DNA from: Octopus sinensis | Lineage: Eukaryota | Direction: 5' to 3' | NCBI RefSeq assembly: GCF_006345805.1 | Contig: NC_043010.1 | Coordinates: 40,114,001-40,178,000, forward strand | Length of the DNA stretch: 64,000 bases | Shown: piece by piece, positions 42,209 to 55,192 of the stretch | Position numbering within the stretch: position 1 is the stretch's first letter | Layout: the number at the start of each line of letters is the position of its first letter | Notes under the pieces: generated by a model | What the model was told of the DNA's origin: nothing | Seen by the model: the letters and a program-made list of their open reading frames with translations, nothing else | The model's database searches: none | Made by a program: the position numbers and the translations under genes

Positions 42209-42480
42209 CACACACACTATATTATATATATATCTATATATATATATATATATATATAATAAATTAAATATTAGGGAATAAATCCAATTTACAGGGAAAA
42301 AATCAGATAGGATTTGACTATTTATTAAAATTTATGTATTATTAAGTCTTTCCTTGTTTGTTTTGCAAATAGTGGTTTTGTCTCGAATAATATTTTATAT
42401 ATATATATCTTATATATATTATAATTATATCTGTATGTATATTTATATTATATATTTTAATGCATATTATATATATTTCA

Positions 42481-43911
42481 GTCCAATCTCACTCACCTCT
42501 CATATCATCAAGGTATTTGAGAGGGTGCTGAGATCGCGTATGACTCACTTCCTTGAGAGTCATAATATGCTGAACCCCAACCAGCATGGATTCCGTAATG
42601 GGAGAGATTGCCTGACGCAGCTACTGCATCATTTTATGACATTTGAGAGCCTTGGGAGAGGGTTCCAACACTGATGTCATCTACCTTGATTTCAGCAAGG
42701 CCTTTGACAGGGTTGATCATAAGATCCTTCTGAGAAAGCTGTCCAATATTGGTGTCACTGGAAAGCTGCTGCAATGGATCAAGTGCTTCCTCTCTAACAG
42801 AACCCAACATGTTGTAGTCGAAGGAGTCAAATCCAGCCCAGCCAAAGTCAGCAGTGGTGTCCCACAAGGCACTGTGTTGGGCCCACTTCTCTTCATCATC
42901 TACATAAATGATATACTGACACATCAAACACAGCAACATCAGAACCTTCGCTGATGATTCCAAGCTCCAGAAGGTCATCAATGGCGTGGATGACCGAATA
43001 AAACCTTCAGTCAGACCTACTGGCTGTTGTCCAATGGGCGAAAAGAATAACATGTTGCTAAATGAAGACAAATTCGAACTGATCCACTTTGGAAGGGAGG
43101 ACGCTCTGAACTCCCATACTCTCTTCCTTCTGGAGAAATTCTCATGGCATCCAACAACATCAGAGACCTGGGAGTAACAGTGGACAACAACATAAGCTGG
43201 GCTACACATAAGCAGCAGAAGTTGACATGGCCCCAGAATGTGTTCCTGGATTCTCAGAACCTTCCAGTCGAGAGATTCCCACGCTATTATCCTTCTCTTC
43301 TCCACTTTTGCCCGACCCCACCTTGAATACTGCTGTCCACTGTGGTCTCCCTACACAAAACAAAATATTATGAGAATTGAAGCTCCCCAAAGGTCAATCA
43401 CAAAAAAGATAGATGGCATGTCAGACCTTGACTACTGGGGTAGACTAGAGAAGCTGAAATTGTATTCACTCCAACGACGCCGTGAACGCTACATTATCTG
43501 TATGATGTGGAAAATATTCCATCAGCACTGTCCGAATGATGTTGGCATCACCTTCAAAATGCATCCAAGGCTTGGACCACGTGCCATCCGTCCACAACAA
43601 AAATCTAAATCGCATCACATAACGACATACGGCACAACTATTTCACCTCAATTGGACCCGCTCTCTTCAACATTACACCAGGACACGTCAAAAAAGAAAC
43701 TGACCACACAAAATTCAAGAAGTCTTTGGACGAGTTCCTTCAAACAGTACCGGACAACCCCCACACCCGGATATGTCTCCGCAAACAATAACTCTCTGCT
43801 CGAATGGGCCTTGGTGCCCAAATCCTGAACCTGAAAGACTTCCCCGGTGTGCCTATAAGTTAGACATGCCTGGGCCAATACTGGCAAAAACCTTCTAAGT
43901 TATTCTAAGTT
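42481..43911 (+). mobile_element. 5'-truncated CR1-like LINE (reverse transcriptase to 3' end), frameshifted
   Basis: [81 protein letters not shown], and a TTCTAAGT-repeat tail. Confidence 0.92.
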
Positions 43912-44034
43912 ATATATATTAACATACATATATATATATATTCAAAATATAAGGAATGACCATAATAGGACATTCGACTCATTAGAAAGAGCAGCCAAAC
44001 TCATCGCCTCGTGGATATATGTTCGTCCTTGGCT

Positions 44035-44129
44035 TTTCTGCTGACGAGGCACACCAGTTGTAAATAAATTTAATTTAATTTAATTAATTTGTTTACTAAA
44101 GTTTGCCGAAACTATGCATAGTCCAGAGA
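44035..44129 (+). ncRNA. Type I hammerhead ribozyme, copy 1
   Basis: TTTCTG-CTGACGA-GGCA...TGCC-GAAAC-TATGCATA-GTC-CAGAGA. The core is complete, with a predicted cut after 44123. Confidence 0.85.
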
Positions 44130-44500
44130 TGAAAGGGTAAACGTTTTTATTTCTCTTTCAATTTCAGAATTACAACTATTAGCGGTTTGAGTTTGGCTGC
44201 TCTTTCTAGTGAGCCGAATGTCCTATTATGGCCATTCCTTATATTTTTGAATGCATATTATATAGTATTTGACTAACTTTTCTTTCTCAGGGACCGTTGG
44301 TAGCGGATAATTTTTTCTAGAATTTTTTGCTACCCTTATATTTATTAATTAATGATATTTTGGCTAATTTTGAAATTAAATCAGCAGTTTATATTTGCTG
44401 CTTAGAAGACCGCGCGATTGCGGTAAATTTTGAAAATTTAGAGCATATAGACTTGAGGCTTCCTTACCATCGCCTCGTGGATATATGTTCGTGCTTGGCT

Positions 44501-44594
44501 TCTCTGCTGATGAGGCATGCCAGTTGTAAATAAATTTAATTTAATTTAATTAATTTGTGTACAAAGTTTGCCGAAACTATGCATAGTCCAAAGA
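44501..44594 (+). ncRNA. Type I hammerhead ribozyme, copy 2
   Basis: TCTCTG-CTGATGA-GGCA...TGCC-GAAAC-TATGCATA-GTC-CAAAGA. The core is complete with one stem I mismatch, and a predicted cut after 44588. Confidence 0.8.
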
Positions 44595-44871
44595 TGAAAG
44601 GGTAAACGTTTTTTATTTCTCTTTCAATTTCAGAATTACAACTATTAGCGGTTTGAGTTTGGCTGCTCTTTCTAGTGAGTCGAATGTCCTATTATGGCCA
44701 TTCCTTATATTTTTGAATGTATATTATATAGTCTTTGACTAACTTTTCTTTCTCGCTGGACCGCTGGTAGCGGAGAATTTTTTCTAGAATGTTTTGCTAC
44801 CCTTATATTTATTGATTATATATATATTATATATATATATATTATATATATAGATAGATAGATACATACAT

Positions 44872-44906
<35 letters not shown>

Positions 44907-45794
44907 AATATATATTATAATATATATATATTTATATATATAGATAGAAGATACATACATATAATATTATATATATCTATATATATATATATATTTATAT
45001 ATATATAATATAAGATAGATAGATAGATAATCATATAATATATATATATATATTATAGATAGTAGTACATATATATATATATATATATTATATATAGGAG
45101 AGAGAGAGAGGGAGAGAGAGAGAGATACATACATACATACATACATAAATATAATAGATATATATATATATATATACCTACTAGAAATGCGTGCGTCCTT
45201 ATGATTGATATAATTTTAATTTTATATCTATGTAATGCTATTTTAGACCTACGACAATCTATATAATGTTACTATTATCACCTATTTGTATTTGCCTTCG
45301 ATAATAATAGCCTATTAATGCCATATAAATATTCAATACTATATATTTGCTCCTGATATATATATTATATATAATATATAATATATATACATATATATGA
45401 AGAAATGAGGGAATCGGAAAATAGAATTCACGAGGATCTTTATTCATGGCAAGGATCGTTTCAGCCCAACTTGCATCGGACCCTTGCGAGTGTAATACTA
45501 CACAACTGGTTGTGTGGCGTCCTCCAATGGTGTTATCTATCCTCAGGTGCCCTGTTTTAAAGAAGATACCCCTCGCTCAGTATCCTCGGTTTAGCTTGCT
45601 TCGATTATACGGCATATTGTTATTGCCAGTAAAATGTCACATATAATGTCAGGGGATGAATAGTTTCCGGCTTATACCCGGTGAATGGATCTACCGACAT
45701 GAGGTATTCATAAATAATGAAGGTGCCATAATCGGCATAATATAAGGTGATTACCCAAAATCTAATCATCACTTTTATATATATATATACTTTT

Positions 45795-45950
45795 ATTTTT
45801 TATTTGTTTCAGTCATTTGACTGAAGCACTGCCTTTAGTCAAAAAATCAACCTCAGGGCTTATTCTATCACACACTTTTGCCGAATCGCACTGCACCAAC
45901 ACACTGTTTGTCAAGTGACGGTGAGGGCACAAACACAGACACACAAACGC
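45795..45950 (-). mobile_element. SINE family A, 3' fragment
   Basis: Tail homology TTTGTTTCAGTCATTTGAC. Confidence 0.65.
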
Positions 45951-46729
45951 CCGCGCGTGCACGTGTGTGTATGTGTGTGATTTGTTGCAATTCTGACTGA
46001 TTTGAATTTGATTTTATATGTCATAATTGGAAAAAATTAACATAGTGTGTTACAAGTTTCCGACATATCAATCAATAATTCACCGAACTGTTAATAGCAA
46101 GCGTAACCAAGAAATGTCGGTGTATGGCAGCTAAGTGGCTACTCTCGTTAAGAAACATATTTTGATGATGTGTAACGATGAATGGTACATGAACACACGT
46201 ATAGGCATACACACCACACATACTTACAAACACACATACACATACACACATGTCCTTTCGACTATACACAGAAAGCCTGAAATCTTCGGGATGGGTGGTT
46301 ACTCGATTACATCGACCCCAGTGCTCAACTGGTATTTATTTTACCGCACCTGAATGCTTGAAAGGCAAACTCGACCACGACGGAATTTGTGCTCAGAACA
46401 CAAAGACATGTTGAAGCACGTTAAATATTCTGCCAGATCACCTTTTATATAAATAGTCTCGTGTAGATATTGAGTCCTTTTTCTTCGTTTGTAAGCACAA
46501 GCGTCTGCCAAAATATATACGTTCCTTAAACTGTTGAACACTTTCTCCGGACAAAGTTATAAAAGCCTACATTTGAAGAGCAAAATGAGAAATGTCCTAG
46601 AAAGTTCGTCCCGAAAGATAACTAAGTTTCTGTCAAATTGTATGGAGTAGGGATTTTAAATATGGCTGAGTATTATATTATTTTTAACGAGTTTTAAAGC
46701 TTCTTTCCATGCTAACCCCTAATATATAA

Positions 46730-46925
46730 TACTCCTTTCTAATATGAGCACAAACCCTAAAATTTAGGAAAAGGACGCTAGTAAAATACATGAACCCTAG
46801 TACTTGACTCCGAAAGGACGAAAGCAAAGACATCCTTGGCGGAATTTGAACTGAGAACCTAAAGCCGTGCGAAATGCCACTAAGCAATTTTCCCATCATA
46901 CTAACGATTCTGCCAGCTCGCCACC
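46730..46925 (-). mobile_element. SINE family C
   Basis: GGCGGAATTTGAACT...GATTCTGCCAGCTCGCC. Confidence 0.8.
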
Positions 46926-47203
46926 TTCCAAATATAGAGAAATGAACCGGGCAAAATGTCAGAAAATATACAAATTGATTTATCGTGTTATTGAACCTCG
47001 AACTACGCTGTTGCAAAGAGAAATTCTGAAACACACAATGTACTTACAGTTCCTTGATGTGTATTTCATGAAGAAAGGAGAAAATCTAAAAACCAACCGG
47101 TGTTCGTATTACAGTATTGTGGTAATCAAAATATATTTTGGGTATCAAATAATAGCCGTTGGTCAATCATTCATGTTATCATACCGAACAAAGAGTCTCT
47201 TAC

Positions 47204-47277
47204 CAGAATGTTCTCTCTCCAGATCACACAACTCCCACTGATCTTCTATCGTATTTATATCTCGCAAGACATGAGTT
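47204..47277 (-). CDS. Candidate 74-nt internal exon
   Basis: caag|A ACT...TCT G|gtaaga, THVLRDINTIEDQWELCDLEREHS, phase 2/1. The other two frames are closed. Confidence 0.3.
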
Positions 47278-47525
47278 CTTGTATAATCGATGAAGCATTT
47301 CGTTATTTTAAATGTTCAAAGGAAATCAATGTTGCTTTAAAGTGAAGAAAGATACGCTATGGATGCTATTTTAAAACAGATTCACTACTGCACAACAGGA
47401 AATATTATTCGTGCGTCTCCAAAATCACATAATGAGATATCAGACTTCTCGGTATTGAATAATGGTATGTTATAATTGTTATAATTGTTGACATTTAGAA
47501 GTCCTCAACAGAAGTCCTCAACAGA

Positions 47526-47838
47526 AGGCGTAGGAGTGGCTGTGTGGTAACTAGCTTACTTACCAACCCCATGGTCCTGGGTTCAGTCCCACTGCGTGGC
47601 ACCTTCTACTGTATGTGTGTGTATATGTTTGTGTGTCTGTGTTTGTCCCTCAAACAACGCTTGACAACCGATGCTGGTATGTTTACTCCCCCGTAACTTA
47701 GCGGTTCGGTTAAAGAGACCGATAGGATAATTACTAGGTTTACAAAGAATAAATCCTGGGACAGATTTGCTCGACTAAAAGCAGTGATCCAGCATGGCCA
47801 CAGTCAAATGACTGAAACAAGTAAAAGAGTAAAAGAGA
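47526..47838 (+). mobile_element. SINE family A, internally deleted
   Basis: Head and tail homology. Confidence 0.85.
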
Positions 47839-48115
47839 AAACTAAACCTAAAGAATATTATATAATTATTAGTTTAATACCACAAATAAAACAAAATACA
47901 CTCTGAATGTGGTGGAATACGCTTTGCAGCATATTGAACTCATTCATGTTGGTTTCTAATTTTGGAAGAAGACCAGTAATTTTGTTGGGCGGGGTAAGTC
48001 GATGACATCGAACCCAGTGCTTAACTGTTACTTATTTTATCACTCCTAAGTAATGAAAGTCTAATTTGATTGCGGTGGATTCAACTCATTCATATTAAAA
48101 AAAACTTTTAAGACA

Positions 48116-48300
48116 GCAAGCTGGTAGAAATATTTGTACACCAGGCAAAATGAGCGACGATTCGCCCGTCTTTACGTCGAATTTTAATTTCTTCGAGGTC
48201 GACTAGGCATTGTATACTCTCGAGGTCGGTAAAATAAGGTCCAGTTGAAATCGACCATCCGTTCCCCTGAAATTCTGATCTTGTACCAAACTTCGAAACC
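48116..48300 (+). mobile_element. SINE family C, diverged
   Basis: GCAAGCTGGTAGAA...GAGGTCGAC...GAGGTCGGTAAAATAAG. Confidence 0.65.
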
Positions 48301-50084
48301 AATATTTATAAGACATTTGGAAAGTTGTTAACTTTTAAGTATCATTTGAGACTAAACGTAGAATAATTTTTGTCAGAAATATGCAAAACGCTTGGGTTTC
48401 CTTAGCTGTATCTATAAATTGTTGGGTCTTCGTAGAGCCACTGAAATAAACAATGTAGATTTGCAGTGACCTAGTGTATAATTCTTGTCGTAAAAACAAA
48501 GCAACAAAATATTTCTTAAGTATTGGTATAATCTTGAAGAAACCACATGCTTATCTATACGTTATTAAAGTAACCTTAATGGTGAGGCAAACTCGTAATG
48601 CCAATGAATAAATATAAGTCGAAAGGTTTTCGTTTTAAACACAGATTGAAATCGCGACATGTCTTCAATTTCCATCAGCTTAATTTTTACACAACCTCAA
48701 TGTTCAATAACTTACATTCCATTATTCTGCTATCTATTAAGTCTCTTTCTGTTTGACGCTGAAATCTCTTGCATAGGTAATATCAGTCATATCAGTTTGT
48801 TTGTTTTTCGTTTAGGTGGTTTAAGAACGTACTAGACATATACTGAGATATTGGTTTATCAACTAATTGCATATTGACATATGCGTTGCCATGTATCAGC
48901 ATTAATAATCTGTCTCTGAATTTGTCTTCCTGCTTTTGAAGGTGTAATTCAAGGTCAACTGGGGCAGCGTGTGTTTTATCCTCTCCGCTGAAAATTCGAA
49001 GCTAATGAGCCAATGTATATACCCATAACTCTTCTACTGACGGTCAGACTGGTTATTAATTCGTTTATCCACCAGTAGTAACATAGTTGTGCGCTCCTTT
49101 ATTAATTCTACAGACTTGGCATGTTGATCAAACGCAACGAGATTTAACGATTCACTTTTATATCTACATTGAATCTCTTGGTTTAATTTCAAAGTTTTGT
49201 TAATATTGTCTATCGTTTTCAGATTATTACTCTTACAGAACATTAAGTCTATTTCATTTCTTTATAAGTTTTCTTTAGAAAACTTTCTTCTCTGAAGTAA
49301 AATGGCCATATCGTGCAACGGAACATCCATAAAAGTCAAATATCGAAGTTCTTTTAAACAACTATTCATATTTATTTTAGTAAACAACAGTAGAAGAAAG
49401 CATATTATAGTAAGGAGAGATAAGAGTAATAAGACAGTAATGCGGGTTCAATCTCAGGCTGAAATTTCTTAGCTGACTTCTCTAGCAAATTAAAAAGCCA
49501 AAATTTTTCCACTGTTTCAGTAGAGTCGGAAGAGCAGCGGACCAAACTTTCCTTTCAATATTTACTTAGATTCGGATTTTGAATCACGCCGAGGCCAACT
49601 GTGCATTCAGTTTTTCCTGTCTGATGCGAAAAGAAATAAAATCACGTACGGGTTGTCGATCTGATACTCTCTTTCCGATATTACCAAAGACTTTTACCCA
49701 TGTTTCAATGCTAGAAATCAATATTTGGTATTAGGCTCCGGTGCAGCGTAACAGAAGAGCGGAAACCCGAACGAAAGAAAACTGTCGCCCGATTTCTATT
49801 ATTAGCTAAATATCCAGTTCCGTCTTTAGTAAATAAATAGGCAACAGCTGATAATGGTGTTCTTTACACTTATAGCGATCTGTATTGGCTATTCAAAGGG
49901 CTGATATTATTGTAAAGATAGCCACTCTGATACTGCCTGAGAACTCTTAACCCTACATATCTATGATCAAAATAATTTCATATACGACCATAGTATTCGA
50001 TTTATCTAGGACTATTATCTAATGCGTTCTTGACTTCATGCAAGGCTTGTTACCTATAATTTGTGTTAAAGTTGTTTACACCAT

Positions 50085-50535
50085 AAGCGCAGGCGTGGAT
50101 GTGTGGTAAGAAGCTTGCCTCCCAACTGCATAGTTCCGGGTTCAGTAACATTCCGTGACACCTTGGTGAGTATCTTTTACAATAGCCTCGGGCCAAATAA
50201 AGCCTTCTGAGTGGATTTACTAGACGGAAACTGAAAGAATCCTGCCATATGTATATGTGTGTGTGAGCGCGCATGTATTCGTGTATGTGTGTGAGTGTGA
50301 GAGTGAATGTATGTATGTGTATGTCTTTGTGTCTGTGATTCCCCTCCCCCGCACACCGCTTAACGATCGGTGTCGGTGTTTACGTCCACTGTAACGTAGC
50401 GGCTCAATATAAGAGAGCGACAGAATAAGTACCAGGCTTTAAAAATAATTAGTGCAATTGACTCGTTCGGCTAATATTATTCAATGCGATGCTACAGCAT
50501 GGCCGAAGACTAATGACTGAAGCAAATAAAAGTTA
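50085..50535 (+). mobile_element. SINE family A
   Basis: Full-length diverged copy. Confidence 0.85.
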
Positions 50536-51592
50536 ACAGATTTAAATACGTCACGGCTGAACATCTCATTCTTACTTACTTAACCGGTCCATAATATTTT
50601 CAAAGACATTCCAGTCACAATCTTCCTGTCAGTCAAATAACAACAGTAAACCTGATATTAACTTATATAATGTGCGATATATGAAGCTGGACTGGTATAA
50701 TTTGAGAACATGTTGGTTATATATTTAGCAAATTGAAGGATCGCTAAGAAAACTCCGTTAGTGACCTCTGAAAGATTCGGGTCTCATGAGCAGCTAAAAT
50801 CTTTGAAACATCATCATTATCAAATCAAATAAAAGTAATTACAATAGCTTTAGGCACGAAAATCTATCAAATATTTTCGAGCATGAAAGTTTTCGGAATT
50901 TTTCGGAATTTTTCTAAGCTAAAATATAACTGAAAATTAAATAAGACAACATCTTTGAAAATATATAATTCATATATAATCTTTAAAGATGGTATCTTTT
51001 TCATAAAGCAAGCATGAATGTAACATCCACATTCCCTGTACAAACGTGGAATGTCACTATCGTAATTAATTTATTAATTCAGTTAAGAACAGATTATTTA
51101 ATAATAACAAGAATACATGACATAAATCATGAGATTAACTACTGAAATCTTTGTAATTATTCATATCAAAAATAAACCTCTGGAAAAATATATAAATCAA
51201 AATAAGAATCCGTGATAAGGACTACATTAGCAACAGCAAATTAAGAAAACATACATTCTAAGTGGCAGTAGCATTGGCTGCGATTCTAAATATGCATCAT
51301 ACATAAACAAAAGGGAAAGGAAATTCATTACAGACTGATACAAGGGATGCTCTCACTGATGTATATTTAAAATAGCTCATTCAGGAGCATGTGTTGAATA
51401 TCTTATTACGAAGTGCGAGAGTTTATTAACATCAGTTAAACAAAGGTTTAGTGAATGAAAAGAAAAATTCGACGAACAATCGAGAAAATGTAAGTCGTTC
51501 GCACGCTTCGATGTGAAAGATTACGTGGGTATCTATGTTCGGATACGAATATACATATATGTGTGTGTATGCGAGAGTGTGTGTATGCGAGA

Positions 51593-51664
<72 letters not shown>

Positions 51665-51769
51665 GTGTGTGTGTGTGTGTGGTGTGTGTGTGTGTGTATG
51701 AGTGTGTGTGCAATTATAAATGCATGTATTTGTATACTCACACACAGACATATTGTATTATTCCATAAA

Positions 51770-52760
51770 TAGTGCAGTTTCTTTATAATTTTAGATTAAA
51801 AAAGTTCTTTTTTAATCTAAAGTATACTCTCCTGAAAACTGTCGAATAAATGATAATCCGATGGAGTAATATCCGCTGAATATGTTGGGTGGGGCGTCGT
51901 TTCCCATTCAAACTGCTCCAGGCTTTGGAACGTCATCCTCACCGTATGTGGCCGAGCGTTATCCTGATGAAAGAACTATTTTCGTCTTGAAGCCAAAGAC
52001 GGTCATTTTTCTGATAGAGCTGACTTAAGCCGCTCAAGCTGCTCGCAGTAGTTCTCCTTTGTTATTGTTTGGTTTGGGTTTAAAAGTTCAAAGTGGACTA
52101 AACCTTTCCTATCCCACAAAACAGATAACACCTTACATGGGTGAAGACCTTCTTTGGCCTGGTGTGCCGGTGTCTCTCATTTCCCTACCCACTGCCTTTG
52201 GCGCTTGACATTTTTATAGAGAACCCATTTCTCGTAACCAGTTACTATTCAGTCCGAAAAATGTTGCTTTCGTGAGACGTGACAGCAAAGATGAGCACAC
52301 ATTAACTCTCTGCGCGCAATTAGACCCGGAAAGCTTGTGAAGAACCCATTGACCCAATTTGCTGATGGCACGCTGGTATCGATGACCAAATCCAAGATTC
52401 TCTGCTATTTCCTCAACAGTTACGATGTGAGTTTGCTCCACCAGAGTTTGCAGGACATCCTCGTTGAATTCTACAGATTCTCCAGGACGAGGTTCGTCTT
52501 CTAGGCTGTAGTTTCTGGCTAGGAATTTCTTGAACCACCATTGACACTGACTTACGCTTATTGTCCGATCCCCATATAGTGTATTTAATATTCTTCTCAC
52601 TTTCCGTTGTTGTTTCTGTTGTAAGAAAGATATGTCGAATATACTCCTTTGACACTTCCATTAGAGCATTGAAATATTAACTGTACTCTTCAAAACTTCT
52701 ACTGAGAATAAGTACAAGATGAAATTATTAACTGCTTAAATAGCAAATTGATGCAGATAG
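51770..52760 (-). mobile_element. Mariner (DD34D) transposase pseudogene, near full length
   Basis: YGDRTISVSQCQWWFKKF...LEDEPRPG...SKLGQWVLHKL...WVLYKN...EGLHP, with frameshifts. Confidence 0.88.
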
Positions 52761-53122
52761 TTTATCCCGTTTCCCTCCGACTTTTCATGCAATTGGAAAA
52801 ACCGCGCTACCCTCCGCAAAAAACCCCAAATTTTATTTAATTTGCTTTGCGTGAAGGACTTTTTCAACGAAGTCGCATTTGTACATAGCTTCGACACGCG
52901 GAGTAGACGAATCAGGGACAACTGAAGAAGGGGAACATTCCTTGTATTGTATGTCTTTTGCTCTGTTTTTTTCGTTGTTTGAAAAAAGTTCGTTTCTATG
53001 TTTTTGCTTTTATGTTTTCGTTCTCATTGTCTTCCACGCTTGTTTATGTGCTGTACCCATATATGCATGTATATATACATATATATGTAGGTATGTACGT
53101 ATATGTATGTATATATGCATAC

Positions 53123-53182
<60 letters not shown>

Positions 53183-54078
53183 GTAATAAGCATATATACA
53201 TATACGGTTAACTTTATATATATATATACATACATACATACATACATATACATGCATGCATAAACATACATATGTATTCATATACGTATATATACATATA
53301 TATACATATATGTATATATGCATGTATAGATATACATATATGCACGTACGTGTGCATAAATATATGTGTGTGTGTATGTGTGTATGTGTGTGCGTGTGCA
53401 TAAATATATAAGCACATAATGACGAACTATCAAAAGAACAGTAAGTGATTAACACAATCAATTCATCAACGAGGTAGTTTCCATGATGCACAATTAGTGT
53501 GCATCATGTCTTCAGAGAATAAATAAATAAATAAACAACTGTAATAAAATAAGAGAAAACAAATTTAAATAGCAATAAATAGTAAGATATATAGCATAGA
53601 TGTGTTATCTACTTCAAAAAGGCTACGTATAGATAAATCTGCTGTGTTTATGTTCATAAAAACAACAGATTTATCGAAAACAATAACGTTAGTCACTGAC
53701 AGTTAAAATGTCTAACTAAATGCATGATAGTGAAATGGAAGAAGGGTCAAGTAGATGGAGGTCATATAATGGCCAAGTAGAGTATGAATGAAAAATATCG
53801 GTACGGAAATAGAGAAATACGATAATAGAAATCTAGACATATTTATTTATATTCACATTGGAACAAGTTTCAAGACACATTAGGACAGACAGCTCTTTAT
53901 GCATGTGTATGTATCATGTGTGTGTGCTTGTGTGTGTGTGTGTGTTCGTGTGTGTGTGTTCGTGTGTGTGTGTTCGTGTGTGTGTGTGTGTGTGTTCGTG
54001 TCTGTGTGAGCGAGGGTCTATCTGCGTGTGTGTGTATGTAAATATGTATGTATTTGTATATATGCTCAGTATTTAGAG

Positions 54079-54423
54079 CAGGGGTTCTCAACCATTTTTT
54101 TTCTGTGTCCCCCCTTGATTACTATTTCATTCTGGTGGAACCCCATAGTCATTCGATGTTTAAAAATTAGTTTTATAGAAACGTTTTTCAAAATTCATGT
54201 TTTGTTTTTCACACACTGACTTGTTTGGGTTGATCAATGTAAAATATAAGAGAAACCTATCTGTTTTTGCCCTACATACAAACAGAAACACCTAAAGACA
54301 AAACTGATATTCTTTAACCCTTCAAATACTACTGTGGACCCAATATACTATTTTGCTGCGTGGACTCCAAAAAAATCTTATATGGACACCCAGGGCCATA
54401 TGGACCACGGCCGAGAACCACTG
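54079..54423. mobile_element. hAT-Charlie/Buster-type MITE
   Basis: TIRs CAGGGGTTCTCAACC and GGCCGAGAACCACTG. The 8-bp flanks ATTTAGAG and ATCTAGAA have a central TA. Confidence 0.8.
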
Positions 54424-54504
54424 ATCTAGAATATTCAGCTCACGACCATAATGTCGGAATTCGTTACCTGGTGGTTGTTGCATCAATGAGCAAGACGCGT
54501 CAGT

Positions 54505-54625
54505 GAGCAAGACGTGTCACCTCTCAGCTGGTGCAAATTAGCTGCACCTGTAATAGAAAGGGCCAGCCTTGTCACACTTTTGGTCACGCTGAATCTCCCA
54601 GAGGACTACGTTAAGGGTTTGTGTG
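54505..54625 (+). mobile_element. SINE family B, internal fragment
   Basis: AAAGGGCCAGCCTTGTCACAC...CACGCTGAATCTCCC...ACTACGTTAAGGG. Confidence 0.7.
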
Positions 54626-54837
54626 TGTGTGGGTGCTCACACACTCACGCACATATTTCATTAGTTTGCTATTCCTTTGATCGAATCAGCTGGAGAATTC
54701 GTCGTCATAAACGATGTTAGTTATATGTTTATATAGACAAATTTACATACCTTTATACGCAGGTGAGGGAAAGCTAGGTATACACTCAGAACAGTTACAA
54801 TTCTGTATGCAGTTATAATACTTAAATTTGGAATTTA

Positions 54838-55192
54838 CTCTTTTACTCTTTCATTGTTTCAGTCATTTGACTGTGGCCATGCTGGAGCACCGCCTTTAGT
54901 CGACCAAATCGACCCCAGGACTTATTATTTGTAAGCCTTGTACTTATTCTATCGGTTTCTTATGCCGAACCGCTAAGTTACGGGCACGTAAACACACCAG
55001 CATCGGTTGTCAAGCGATGTTGGTGGAGGGGGACAAACCAAGACACACAAACATATATATATACCTATATACGACGGGCGTCTTTCAGTTTACGTCTACC
55101 AAATCCACTTACAACGCTTTGGTCGGCCCGAGGCTATAGTAGAAGACAGTTGCCCAAGGTGCCACGCAATGGGACTGAACCCGGAACCATGG
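54838..55192 (-). mobile_element. SINE family A
   Basis: Reverse-complement copy lacking the extreme 5' end. Confidence 0.88.

Larger units (their letters stand above)
43941..44813 (+). mobile_element. Non-autonomous hammerhead-bearing tandem element (Penelope pLTR/retrozyme-like)
   Basis: Direct repeats at 44002-44346 and 44468-44813, an inverted 5' segment at 43941-44002, two HHRs, TA-microsatellite flanks and no RT coding. Confidence 0.85.

Noticed and set aside
42634-43305. 223-aa minus-strand ORF
   Set aside because: Antisense shadow of the CR1 RT frame.
45420-45740. Exon-like frame (HLRIDNTIGGRH...) or RLE-LINE remnant
   Set aside because: Two competing weak readings; neither is supportable.
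50540-50640. Exon candidate EDCDWNVFENIMDRL with GTAAGT donor
   Set aside because: Neighbouring sequence resembles ~27925-27950 in reverse, suggesting a dispersed repeat.
52914-52960. Hammerhead-like GGACAA-CTGAAGA-AGGG..CCTT
   Set aside because: The essential GAAA after stem II is absent.
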